From the NCBI RefSeq assembly GCF_018977255.1, contig NW_024704753.1:620001-684000 (forward strand): DNA of 64,000 nt, in the 5' to 3' direction. Source of the stretch: Callorhinchus milii. Its lineage: Eukaryota. The position numbers and the translations under genes are program-made. Below, one piece after another: positions 1 through 12,110 of the stretch (position 1 is the stretch's first letter; each line of letters opens with the position of its first letter). A model generated the notes under the pieces. That model was not told where the DNA came from, did not search any database, and worked only from the letters and a program-made list of their open reading frames with translations.

Positions 1-614
1 AGCCCCGAGACCGTGTGTTTTGCTGACGTTTAAACATTAACCATCAGGGATTATTCATTCACTGAATGTCAGCCGGGAATTGGTGAATGGGGGGGTGGGC
101 GGGTGAGTGGGGGCTATTACATCGCTATCCTTCAACAGGCAGAGAGTCCCAGTGAGGGTCCAGTCAGTCCAGGCGGTGTCATTCCCTCTCTGTCTGCCTC
201 TCACGCTCTCTCTGTCCATCTTGTTCTGTGACTCTCTATCTCTGTCTCTCTCTCCCTCATTCACCCTCTCGTTCTCTGTCTCTCTCTCCCTTTCTCACTC
301 CCCCTTTCTCTCTCCCTTTCTCTTTCTTTCTTTCTTACTCACTCTCTCTCACTGCTGTACACACAGCTGCTATTTCCAGCTCTCACGAGAGAAACCATGG
401 AAACCGCCTCCTGTAATGTCTTTCCCTGAAAGACGGAATTTGTATCTTGTTTTATTTCTCGAAATTCTCAAAGCTCAGTAACTATTGCCGGGTGTAGTGA
501 CTGTGGTCGTGGGAAGCCCGGGGTGGGGTGGAGGGAAAAGGGGGGGTTGGTTAGGATGTGGTGATTTACACACTAGTTAGTGTGAGATGCGTTGTGTGTG
601 AGCGAGGGAATGAG

Positions 615-742
615 CGCTGTGTCAGGGAGTGAGTGTGAGGGAGTGAGCGAGGCTGTGTCAGGGAGTGAGTGTGAGGGAGTGAGCGAGGCTGTGTCAGGGA
701 GTGAGTGTGAGGGAGTGAGCGAGGCTGTGTCAGGGAGTGAGG
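615..742 (+). repeat. 36-bp minisatellite
   Basis: gctgtgtcagggagtgagtgtgagggagtgagcgag, about 3.5 copies. Confidence 0.9.
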
Positions 743-1997
743 GCAATGTCCCCATCAGTGATCGTTGACCTTTGCTGTAATCGCTGCAGTGATTGGGAGG
801 TTGACTGTCACTAACCACAGCTACAGTCTGACACACGGCTCCAATTAATTATTGATTCAGTGTTTAACCAGGAGCTTTAGGTCAATATTTTACCTCCCTC
901 CGTCTCCTCTCCCCCACCCTCCCCCCACCTCTCTCCCACTGTCTCCCCTACCCACTCTCCGCTTGCCCCTCTCCACCCCCCATCTCCGGCTCCTCTCCCT
1001 CCCCCTTTCCCCACTCACTCCGCCATCCCCTCACACCTCCTGCCCCATAATTAGATCCTGTCTGAAGACCTTCCTTTTTGACCCCTCTCCGCTACCGTTA
1101 GGAGCTGTGAGACACTGCCCTTCCCGTGTAAATCAACTTGTTGCTCTGTGTGCGCGTGTGTGTGAACATGTGCGTGCGCGTGTCTGTATGCGTGGATCTA
1201 TGTGCGTGCGTGTGTGTGCGGGTATGTATGTGCGCGTGTGTCTGTGTATGTGTGTGTGTGGGTATGGGTATGTGCGTGTGTGTATGTGTCTGTGTGAGCG
1301 TGTGTGTGTGTGTGGGCTGTATGTCGCGGGGAGGTGTGGGCAGCGTGTTGGGAGTGTTGGTGTCACCGTACAGTTGCCTGTGGGAGGGGGAGGGAGCAGC
1401 AGCAGCTGTTGGTAACAGGATGTGATTCACGGCGACTCAGGGGAACGAGCAAAACACTAATTACATATTTTCAAGCCACCTTTTGATTGTGGAAAAGACA
1501 TTCCTGTATCCAGCGGCAACGTGACTCCACACGCCTGGAGCTGCTCTCAACCTCTCCACTCACTGCTCCCAGCCTAGAGCGAGAGAGAGAGAGCATTGTA
1601 AACCCACCCACTCCACTGTGTGACACCCCCCAGGGGGAATGGGGTGAGAGTAGAGGGCTCCAGTGGGGGAGTGAGCCCCAGCACCGACACGATGGGGAGA
1701 GAACAGGGAATGGGGTGAGAGTAGAGGGCTCCAGTGGGGGAGTGAGCCCCAGCACCAACAGGATGGGGGGTGTTGGTTTGGTTTTGGGGGTTAAGCGAGG
1801 GGGGCGAGGGGAGGATGTGAGTGTTGGACTGCCATCGCTGAGGGAGGGAGTGTGAGTGTTGCTGAGCCACCGGCTGGAGTTTGTAATAACACAGAGGCTT
1901 TGTGCTGCCACTGACACGGCCCATTGTGTCCCTCGCACACTGCCTGGCCTCGGGCAGCGGCCAGAGCGTGTGCCCACCCGGAGCTCCCTGCGGACAT

Positions 1998-2102
1998 ACG
2001 CTTACACACGCCAGCCACATGCTTACACACGCCAGTCACACGCTTACACACGCCAGCCACATGCTTACACACGCCAGTCACACGCTTACACACGCCAGCC
2101 AC
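1998..2102 (+). repeat. 21-bp minisatellite
   Basis: (c/t)gcttacacacgccag(c/t)caca, 5 copies. Confidence 0.9.
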
Positions 2103-4499
2103 TCCGCGATCTCACCCGCAGTGAACTCCACGCCCCGATTACTCCAGTCCTGGCCAAACCCCACTGGCTCCTGTCACAGAGCGGATCCACTTCAAGATCC
2201 TCACTCTAGTGTTTAAATCCCTCCATTCTTTCGTCCCCCATCTCTCTCCACTCCTCTCTCCCCACAGCAGTACCCACTGCCTCCGCTTTACTGGGTCCGG
2301 CCTCCTCTGCGTCCCCCGAATCCTCCGCTCCACCATCGGCAGCCGTGCCTTCAGCCACTACACCCCGAATCTTTGGAACTCCCTCCCTCAACCCCTTGGC
2401 CTCGCCCCCTCCTTCCCCATCCTCAGATCTCGCCTGAAAACCTTCCTTTTCGACCGCTCCTACGGTCACCTTCCCCTCCCCCCGGCTCGGCCTCGGACTC
2501 CGCCATTGTTAAGCTAAGAGACGCCGCCCGGCGTGGAGGGTGCTGTATAAATGCAAGTTGTTGAATTGCATGTCAGAGTGACTCCAGGGGCAGTTACAGG
2601 ATGGTGTAGTGACTGTGCATTTGTGGGTAAAGATGGCAACCAAAGTCTCTTCCTACTTCAACCCCACCCCCACTCCGGGGTGAGTTGGGGGAGGGGAAGC
2701 GAGGCTAAGTGTTGGCGTGAGGAATGATGACGCTGAGGCTGAGGCCAAGAGATGACAGGAACCACAAGTGTTAATACTCAAACCACAACTAGCAACTGCA
2801 CACTGGGTCCTGTCCCACAGGGTTTCCTCTCCCCTCGGCCGGGGCGGGGTGGGGGGCCAAATGCTATCAAATGCTATCAATTACACGCATTGCTCTCACA
2901 GCTCTCATAATGATCCTTGTATTTCACACAGCGCCTTATCACGTCTTTGAGACGTATCAAAGCGCTTCACAGGATTTACTGTAAAGTGTAGTGACTGCAT
3001 ATTTTGTGGGCGTGCAGCAAATTAATCCCTCCCTTCCCCAGTGGGGGCTGGAGGCTGAGCCTGGTTAAGCTTGGCACGGTTTGGCACATTGGGCCGGTGG
3101 AATGGCCTCGCTCTGTGCTGTCACTCTCGAGGTCAGGACACAATTGAATCGTCTCTGTTAATGTTCAGTGCAAGTCTGAGCCTGAGACAGAGGGCAGGGA
3201 GCATCTATCTGTGTGTCCGTCTGTCTGTGTGTCGGGCTGTGTGTCTGCGTGTGTCACGATATAATCTTACACGCAGCCCAGCCACACTCCAGCTCACACA
3301 CTCCCCCTGTGTCTCGCACACACACACACACACACAGACACAAACTCCCCCTCCTCATAGACACAGACCCACACACTCAGGCTAAGACTAGTTGGTTCCA
3401 GTTAGAGTAAAGCCACCTTATCTGTGTGGGAGCACACTTCCTGTAACACAGCCAGGAGCCTGATTGCTACATAATGGTGCTGGGCTTTTGGCCAACGCCT
3501 GCCATGCTTGCTCGCTCGCTCACTCGCTGATCCCTGTCTAACCGTTCCTTCCCACTGAAAGCGGGGAATAATCCCCAACCCCAACTCCACCCCCCACACA
3601 CAAACACCCCATTTCCCCCACACCCCCCAAACAAACCAGTTCAGTGTGTGTCAGCCAGGCTCGGTATGTGTAGTGACTTCGGGTTTTTGTGGCCGAACAC
3701 AGCAGCCGGTTTACACCCAGCAATGTCCCCAAAAACAGCCGTGAAGTGAGCCACTGACGTTATTTGGGGGATTGTCGGCCCTGACCCCGGGAGAGACGGA
3801 GAAACAAACTCCCATGGCTTTTTGACGAGTGCCGCAAGATCAGTTTATAGACAGACAGTGTGGCCGAGAGTGGGTGTCGCTGGGGGCTGTGACTGTGTGT
3901 GTGTCGGATGCCTGTTATTGGGGTTGGAATTATCGGCACCTTGTAATGGTGAGAGAGTGATAATAATAATAATAATAATCCTTGCATTTGATAGTGCAAC
4001 TGAAGGAGAGTGAGAGCAAGAAGAGTAATAGAGAGCAAGAGAGACAGACAGAGCTTAACAGAAAGAGCATGAGAGAGGGAGAGAAACAGAGAGAGATAGA
4101 GAGTGAAACAGAAAGATAAAGAGTGAAACAGAGAGAGAGAGGAGAGATGACACCTCTCCCAGGCTGAGCTCAGGGTGTATACAGAGCTAATCTGGGACCT
4201 GCTTCCTGTCTGTATTCGGTGATTTCACGCCTCACTTGCTGTTGTTTGGATTTAATTCATTATGTTTTCCTGAGCAAATTAATGTCAGAACATCACCGGC
4301 AACCCGCTCCCTAATTATAGCCTTAACAAAACTCCAGCATCTTGTAAACCTCTCCCCCCCACCACCACCGCGCAAATCTCACACACTCACTCACACACAC
4401 GCTTGTCTGCAGAGCCAAGAGAAATGAATCACTAACTGTGACTGAGAGTGAGAGAGACAATTGAATATACAGGAAAACATAAGAGCACAGGGAAGCACA

Positions 4500-5075
4500 C
4501 CAGCACAGACATGATGGGGAGAGAGCGAGAGCAGGGAATGGGGTTAGAGTAGAGAGCTCCAGTGGGGGAGCGAACCCCAGCACAGACACGATGGGGAGAG
4601 AGAGAGAGAGCAGGGAATGGGAGGATTAGAGTAGAGAGCTCCAGTGGGGGAGCGAACCCCAGCACAGACACGATGGGGAGAGAGAGAGAGAGCAGGGAAT
4701 GGGGTTAGAGTAGAGAGCTCCAGTGGGGGAGTGAGCCCCAGCACAGACACGATGGGGAGAGAGAGAGAGAGCAGGGAATGGGGTTAGAGTAGAGAGCTCC
4801 AGTGGGGGAGCGAGCCCCAGCACAGACACGATGGGGAGAGAGAGAGAGAGCAGGGAGTGGGGTTAGAGTAGAGAGCTCCAGTGGGGGAGCGAGCCCCAGC
4901 ACAGACACGATGGGGAGAGAGCGAGAGCAGGGAGTGGGGTTAGAGTAGAGAGCTCCAGTGGGGGAGCGAGCCCCAGCACAGACACGATGGGGAGAGAGAG
5001 AGAGCAGGGAGTGGGGTTAGAGTAGAGAGCTCCAGTGGGGGAGCGAGCCCCAGCACAGACACGATGGGGAGAGAG
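4500..5075 (+). repeat. About 79-bp satellite-like unit, roughly 7 tandem copies; also dispersed
   Basis: gggttagagtagagagctccagtgggggagcgagccccagcacagacacgatggggagagagagagagcagggaatg; other copies at about 1635-1755, 9052-9150, 10030-10140, 15800-15900, 29120-29460, 53755-53815 and 56800-56920. Confidence 0.92.
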
Positions 5076-6889
5076 CAGGAAAGAGAGAGACAGAGAGAGG
5101 GAGACAGGCTGAGCCAGACAAAGATGATCATCTAACCAGATAATCAGGACCTCTTTTCACGTAACTAAACCTTGCTGTGTGTGCAGGAGCAGTGCTGGGG
5201 TCAATGTCCCAAATAAACCCCTAAATCGCCCCCTTTTCACATCTCAGGAGAAAAATTGTGTAAAAGTTAGTGAGAGCGAGAGTTAAACCGGTTTCAACAG
5301 ATTGTTTATTTATCTTCAGGGTTGATTGGATGAACTGAAGGGTTACTCACCCTCTACTCTCTCCCCTCTACCCAAATCCCCCCAAATTACCCCCCTCTCC
5401 CCCCAGTAAATCTCCTCCAGACTCTGAGCCGACAGCGAATGGGGGAATGGTGAGAGAGTCAATGAGTGAGCTGTGAGCGCCTCCCAGTGGCCACATTGGC
5501 TCATTGCATAGGCAAAACCCTCCTGTTCTCAGTAATTTTTCTTTTTTTTGTGTGTTTTGCCCACAAAGTACACAGTAAATTCACTTTATGGTATGTTCTG
5601 TGAAGAGATTTGAGATGTCTCAAAGACATTAAGGCGTTATATCAAATGCAACAATTATTATGTATTATTTACTTTGGCCTCTGACTGTTGGACCTTTGCT
5701 AACATTAAACAACTCAAATTCACTCATAGCCTGTCTGTGTGCACACACACACAAACCACACACACAGACACTCACACAGACTATATAACACACACATGCA
5801 CCATATACACACAGATTATGTAACACATACGCACATACCACATACACAGACTATAACGCACATAGATTGTGCCAAACGCACACAGAGTCCAATGTGGGGT
5901 TGAGGATGGCAGGGACACGCCCTTGTTGTCCCCGGGGCGGTGTTTAACAGCTGCGGTGCGCAGGGTGGGGATGATGTGCTGGGTTTGGCAGTGCTGGGGC
6001 TTCAGTTCTTACAGAGGGGGTTTGGAGCTCGGCCAGTGGTGCTGCCTCACCGACATCTGTATCTCATTGTCATTCTCAAAGCTGGAGCTATGTGCCAGAA
6101 CCATGTGGTGTGCACTGTGTGCCATCAGCCAGCGCTGTGAGCCATGAGCTGTGTGTCTCAGCGTGATGCATGGCCACAAGTGGTGTGGGGGCACCGAGCT
6201 TACAGCTGGCTCATCCGCACTAACAGTCAGATGTTCATCCACACAAACAGCCCCCAGCCTCCACCCCACAGCCCCCAGTCTTCTGCCCCCAGCCCATAGT
6301 CCCCAGCCTCCAGTCCCCAGCCTCCATCCCCCCAGCCCCCAGCCTCCATCCCCCAGCCTCCATCCCCCAGCCCCCAGCCCGCTCCTCCAAGCCAGCCAGA
6401 CCACGATCAGCAACTCAGCTCAGCGTGGGGTTGGGTGTTGGGGCCTTGGGCACTGACAGCCTCGGCTTCAATGTTCCCTGTGAGAGACATGTTAATGATG
6501 GTGGGGGGTGGGGGAGCTGCCAGTCTGTCTCTCTGCCCGTGTTCTGTGCCGTGTGGCTCGGGAGTATGTGCAAACACTAACAGACACCCAGTGACGTTCA
6601 GTGTGTGACGTGCGATGGCACTTGTGAAATTATCACGTCCTTCACTTGACAAAACTACTCCTGCAGTGCAGGGAGCAGCCTGGCGGGGTGGGGGTGGGGG
6701 GTGGAAGGGGGCGCAGGGGGAGAGCAGAGCGTGTTTGTGTGTGGGGGGGGGCAGAGCTCGGGGGAAATCCATTTGGCGGTGGGGGGAAGGAATTCTTTAT
6801 TAAGGGCTTGCCAGCGAAAAAGGGGAATGTGAGGAAAGGTCCCGTGTGTGGGGGTGCACAGAGCATGTGTGTATGTGTGGGGGGGGGCG

Positions 6890-7128
6890 CAGGGCACGTG
6901 TGTGGGGGGTGCGCGGGGCACGTGTGTGTGGGGGTGCGCGGGGCACGTGTGTGGGGGGTGCGCGGGGCACGTGTGTGTGGGGGTGCGTGGGGCACGTGTG
7001 TGTGGGGGTGCGTGGGGCACGTGTGTGGGGGGGGCGCGCGGGGCACGTGTGTGGGGGTGCTCGGGGCACGTGTGTGGGGGTGCGCGGGGCACGTGTGTGG
7101 GGGGGTGCGCGGGGCACGTGTGTGGGGG
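6890..7128 (+). repeat. About 24-bp GC-rich minisatellite with 10 CACGTG motifs
   Basis: ggggcacgtgtgtgggggtgcgc repeats. Confidence 0.9.
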
Positions 7129-7379
7129 AAAGCCAGTGCAGTGGGGGCTCTGTGGGCAGCCCATGACAGAGCGCACAATGGGCTGAATGGCCTCTTTCTG
7201 TGCTGCAAAATTTGGAAATCATTTAGAAACATCGTCTGAGAGGTTTCCGGGGCATTCCCCCCACTCCCCGCGGCCAACAACAACAACAACAGCAACAGCA
7301 ACAAAACCCTGGAAATAATAATCACTGTCCAAAATAAACCCTCTGCTCTGTAACCCACAGGGGAGGGGGGGAGGTTTAG

Positions 7380-7700
7380 ACACCCGGAACCTTTCTTCCG
7401 CGCCTGTGTTTTCCACCTGCGGCGGCCGAGGGGGGAAGAGACAGTGGGACGGCACCGCCGCGCTCGGTCCTTTCTCTTCCGGCGGCGACTGAGGTGAGAT
7501 GGCGGCGGGTGGCGGGGACGGCGCGGGCGGTACAATCGGGCGCCATCCGCGGCGCCGGGCGGCCACCGGGCGGCGGTGGAGGCTTTGGGGAGCGGGGCGG
7601 GGGTCCGGGGGGGGAGTGGGGTGGGGCGCGGGGGGGGGGGGAGCGGCCGTGACGGTGTTCTCCCGCTGACCGCCATGTTGTTGTTGTTGTTGCTGTGTTC
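7380..7700 (+). promoter_or_regulatory. RPL29: RPL29 CpG-island promoter and non-coding exon 1 (about 7469-7493) with 5'TOP/TCT start
   Basis: cctttctcttcc oligopyrimidine start followed by donor gag|gtgaga at 7494; ETS-like ccggaa at about 7384; YY1-like gatggcggc (about 7498) and ccgccatgtt (about 7670); CpG-dense. Typical vertebrate ribosomal-protein promoter layout. Confidence 0.85.
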
Positions 7701-7706
7701 CAGGCA

Positions 7707-7743
7707 ATGGCCAAGTCCAAGAACCACACCACCCACAACCAGT
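7707..7743 (+). CDS. RPL29: RPL29 coding exon 1 ([12 protein letters not shown])
   Basis: Acceptor ttccag at 7703, ATG 7707, donor gtgagt at 7744. Confidence 0.96.
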
Positions 7744-10329
7744 GTGAGTCTCCCTCTCAGCCCCGGCGGCAGCTCTCCGGGCCCCGGGCCCCGGGCTCGG
7801 GCCTGTGCCCTGTGCCCTGTGCGCTCGCGCCCTCCAGACGTCTCCAAAGCGCTTTCGCGGGGACACCCCGGAAAGTGTAGTGACTGTGCATTTCCCCCCC
7901 GGGCGGGGCCGGGCCGGTGGTCCCGGTGCTGGGGCTGCCCTGAGGGGTGTGGGGGGGGGACGTGCGGCCTCGCTCCGCTCCTCTCCCCTCCCCTCCCGGT
8001 ACCGTCGGGAGCTGCTCGAGCGCCTCCTATCAAATCTCCCCTCAGCCCTTCTCCCGCTCTCTTCGGGTGAACGATCTCATCCTCTTCAGTCTCCACGTCA
8101 TCGTAGCCTCTCATCTCTCACGGTCCCGTTTCTGGTCCATCTTCTCCGCACCTTCTCCAAGGCCCCCGGTACCCTTCTCCCGACTCGGGCACAGTTACTC
8201 CTCCTCCTAAACCAGCGCTTTGTGTAATATTATAAGAGTGATCTTTGCATTCGATACGGCGCCCGATCACGTCTTCGAGACGTCTCAAAGCGCTTCGCAG
8301 GGCAGACTGTAAAGTGTGTTGACTGTGTGTTTTGTGGGCCAAACACGGCGGCCAATTGCACACAGCAGCGTCCCCACAAACAGCCGTGGGTTGAAGTGAC
8401 CAATTTATTATCTTTGTTTTTTCTTGGCGGCTTATTATCAGGCGCGTGGAGTAAGGAAACTTGCCCATGCTGTGGCCCTGCCGGGGGTCAAACCCAGGTC
8501 TTTCACTCGCAAGGCGAGGGCTCTAACCACTGAGTTACAGAACATAACTTCCTCGCTCTTATAATCTGTGCCTCTATTTATAAAACCCACGGATCCCATG
8601 TGCTTTTTTAACCGCTTTGTCAATTTCTCCTGCCACCTTCAAAGCTTGACTGGAGCCTGCATTCGAAAGTGATTGTGGCATTACCTGTGGCCTGGTCATT
8701 GATGCTGCAGGCAGAGTATTGTAAATGTTTCCCCGTGTTTATGGGGGTGTCTGTCTCCCATTGAGCCTTGTAATGTTTCCACATGCCGTCGCTCGCTGCT
8801 GTTTATGTGAATTTAGTTATTTGCACGCTTCTAACCTGTGTCGTTTACACCCCAGCTCGTAAGTGGCACAGAAATGGGATCAAGAAACCCAAGACAGAGA
8901 GATACGAGCCTCTGACTGGGGTGAGTACAGAGTCGCTGCAGAGGTGGAAGAGAGCTCGAGCCATCACAGTACAGTTTACATTTATATATGCTTTCGCATT
9001 GGAATACTTCCAAAGGGCTTAGGTAACAGGGCACGGACACGACAGGAAAAGGGCAGGGAATGGGGTTAGAGTAGAGAGCTCCAGTGGGGGAGCGAGTCCC
9101 AGCATAGACACGATGGGGAGAGAGAGAGAGAGAGAGCAGGGAATGGGATGAGTGGCGAGTTCAGGTTCTGAGTCCGAGCTGAAGGCCGATGCTGAACTTG
9201 TTTCTGTGGGTAAATGCTTGCTGGAGCCTGCATTCGAAAGTGATTGTGGCTCTGTCTGTGGCCTGGTCATTGATGCTGCAGGCAGATTATCGCAAATGTT
9301 TCCCCGTGTTTATGGGGGTGTCTGTCTCCCATTGAACCTTGTAATGTTTCCACATGCCGTCTCTCGCTGCTCCTTTGTGAAGTCTGTTTAATGAGGCGAG
9401 AAGATTGCAGCTTCTCTGGCGGCCACTCTACATCTGTTACCTTTGGATTTGCTTAAACTGTTTTTTGTTCAGCCGAATGTCTTGACAGTTGCGGAAACCC
9501 GTCCTCAGTTTGATTATTGAACGTAAACTGAGAATTCCATGCATCCCACCTACACGTGGAAACTCCAGAGATAAATTGGTAGAATGGAATGCCAGTTAGG
9601 ACCACACTGGTTGTTAGAGCTGTGGCTTGCAGGGTTAACTGGAGCTGAGTGGGATGACTCCTTGCTCCCAGTTACCTGTAAAAAAGTTTCCTTGCACTTG
9701 CCATGTTTCTACAGCTCATGTTGCTGGGCTCTGTTGGTGACACGCTTCCACTTTCGGCTGTCATCAGCAATGCCCTGGAATACTGCAGACGCTCCTGACT
9801 CAGGAACTGGACGAGAGACCGTCACAGAGGACAGGCTCGATTCTGACATTCCATTGCCAAACATGTCACCTTGGGGCCAGTTTAGCACCACCAGCCCCCG
9901 CCCCACCCTTCAAGGAGTTGTCACTATGGTTAAATAGTTGTAAATTATTTTCCAGTTTGTTTATAGATAATTTCATTTATTTTCCGTTTCCCCTTACCTG
10001 CCTGCCTCTGATAGTGACTTTGTGAACTCTCACTCCCATTCCCTGCTCTCTCTCTCTCTCCCCTTCGTGCCTGTGCCGGTGCTCGCCCCCCCCCACTGGA
10101 GCTCTTTACTCTAACCCTGCTCTCACTCTCTCTCACCCCATTATCTCTGCTCAAAATGCATGAGGTCCAATCTGTATGTGGTCAGATTTGTTTGCAGTGG
10201 ATCTTGCTAACTTTCGCTTTTGCTCTCTCTCAGGTGGACCCCAAATTCCTGAGGAACATGCGATTCTCTAAGAAACACAACAAACGAGGGAAGAAGGCGG
10301 TCGCTGCACAGAAGAGTGTGAAGGGCTGA
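7707..10329 (+). CDS. RPL29: 60S ribosomal protein L29 (eL29), 65 aa; join(7707-7743,8856-8920,10234-10329)
   Basis: Spliced translation [65 protein letters not shown]; canonical eL29 N-terminus; all introns GT-AG with matching phases; AATAAA at 10426-10431. Confidence 0.97.
8240..8540 (-). mobile_element. Older SINE copy (RPL29 intron)
   Basis: Degenerate tRNA head at the right end, L2-type tail at the left. Further copies at about 25045-25400, 32515-32850, 37260-37580, 39560-39820, 42085-42307, 43185-43450 and 50150-50445. Confidence 0.85.
8655..8786 (+). ncRNA. SNORA71: H/ACA box snoRNA, SNORA71 (U71)-like, copy 1 (RPL29 intron)
   Basis: cctgcattcgaaagtgat...ctggtcattgatgctgcagg hairpin, H box AGAGTA 8713-8718, ttccccgtgttt second hairpin, ACA 8781-8783 about 70 nt before the 3' splice site; matches my recollection of U71 sequence. 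Confidence 0.85.
8856..8920 (+). CDS. RPL29: RPL29 coding exon 2 ([12 protein letters not shown]...LTG)
   Basis: ccccag acceptor, gtgagt donor at 8921, phase 1 to 0. Confidence 0.96.
9226..9357 (+). ncRNA. SNORA71: H/ACA box snoRNA, SNORA71 (U71)-like, copy 2 (RPL29 intron)
   Basis: Near-identical paralog of 8655-8786; H box AGATTA 9284-9289, ACA 9352-9354. Confidence 0.85.
10234..10329 (+). CDS. RPL29: RPL29 last coding exon ([11 protein letters not shown]...KG*)
   Basis: Polypyrimidine tract plus cag acceptor; TGA at 10327-10329. Confidence 0.96.
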   Translation: [31 protein letters not shown]

Positions 10330-11254
10330 ACCCGTGAGCTGTGACACTCACTATCCTGGGGCGGGGAGCAGGGTGTGGGGGGGGGGGGGGGGTAATGTCC
10401 ATATCATGTTATGATAAGTTTGTTAAATAAAAAAAAATTATCCTTGCACTTGCCATGTCTCCGCGGCTCATGTTGCTGGTCTCGGTTGGTGACCCTTTGG
10501 ACTTGGGGTTCGAGCCCCACATCGGAGCTTTACGCCGAGTCTCGGCTGATGCAGAGTCGTTGGGGAACCGAGATGCTGTTCTTCAGATCATGTGTTAAAC
10601 TGAGCTCCTGGTGATGGCTGCTCAGGCAGACATTAAAAGTTCCTGTCGTGCTATTCAGAAAGAGGAGGGAGTTTCTCTCCTGGTGTCCTGGCCAACAATC
10701 CCCCAAATAACGTTGGTGATTTATTTACTGTGCAATTGGCTGCTGCATTTTGGCTACAAAATAAACAGTCAATTCACTTTAAAGTACATTCTGAAGCACT
10801 TTGAGATTTATCGAAGACATGAAAAGGCGCTGTATCAAATGCAAGAATTATTATTATTTATTTACTTCCCGGCTGCTATTGGGACATTGCTGTGTGAAGG
10901 TGGATCCTGTATACATCCACAACATAATAATAATTACACCTGATAAATAATATAATAATAGTAGTCCTTATATCTGAGACAGCGCATTTCACAGCGGGAG
11001 AATGTCACAGGGTTTACCGTAAATGTAGAGTGACGGTTCTCACCTTTTGGGGATCCAGCAACAGGACTTTATCTACAGTTATGGATTGGTCAGTCCAGAG
11101 AACTGGCTCATACTAACAGTGCTACTGCTTACCCTGACCCCTCATTAACACAAAACTCCAGTAGTACTTATTTCATGTCAAATAACTTCGGTTTTATATC
11201 ATGCACATACTTCAGCACACAGTATAAGGTAAAAGTGCAAGTCTTCAAAACTCT

Positions 11255-12110
11255 CCCATCACCAGTAGCTCCTCCCCATCACCAGTAGCTCCTTTCCCAT
11301 CACCAGTAGCTCCTCCCCATCACCAGTAGCTCCTCCCCATCACCAGTAGCTCCTTCCCAATCACCAGTAGCTCCACCCCATCACCAGTAGCTCCTTCCCC
11401 ATCACCAGTAGCTCCACCCCATCACCAGTAGCTCCTTCTCCATCACCAGTAGCTCCTCCCCATCACCAGTAGCTCCTCCCCATCACCAGTAGCTCCTCCC
11501 CATCACCAGTAGCTCCTTCCCCATCACCAGTAGCTCCTCCCCATCACCAGTAGCTCCTTCCCCATCACCAGTAGCTCCACCCCATCACCAGTAGCTCCTC
11601 CCCATCACCAGTAGCTCCTTCCCAATCACCAGTAGCTCCACCCATCACCAGTTGCTCCTTCCCCATCACCAGTAGCTCCACCCCATCACCAGTAGCTCCT
11701 TCTCCATCACCAGTAGCTCCTCCCCATCACCAGTAGCTCCTCCCCATCACCAGTAGCTCCTCCCCATCACCAGTAGCTCCTTCCCCATCACCAGTAGCTC
11801 CCCCATCACCAGTAGCTCCTTCCCCATCACCAGTAGCTCCTTCCCCATCACCAGTAGCTCCACCCCATCACCAGTAGCTCCACCCCATCACCAGTAGCTC
11901 CTCCCCATCACCAGTAGCTCCTCCCCATCACTAGCAGCTCCTCCCCATCACCAGTAGCTCCTCCCCATCACCAGTAGCTCCTCCCCATCACCAGTAGCTC
12001 CTTCCCCATCACCAGTAGCTCCTCCCCATCACTAGCAGCTCCTCCCCATCACCAGTAGCTCCACCCCATCACCAGTAGCTCCTCCCCATCACTAGTAGCT
12101 CCGCCCCATC
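11255..12110 (+). repeat. 20/21-bp minisatellite
   Basis: ccccatcaccagtagctcct(t), about 40 copies. Confidence 0.95.

Noticed and set aside
4500-5075. CRISPR-like regular repeats (also 11255-12110 and 61197-62560)
   Set aside because: No unique spacers, no cas genes, vertebrate context; these are tandem satellites.
6642-8114. 490-aa minus-strand ORF and overlapping ORFs
   Set aside because: Runs through a GC-rich minisatellite and the RPL29 CpG island antisense; low complexity, no domain.
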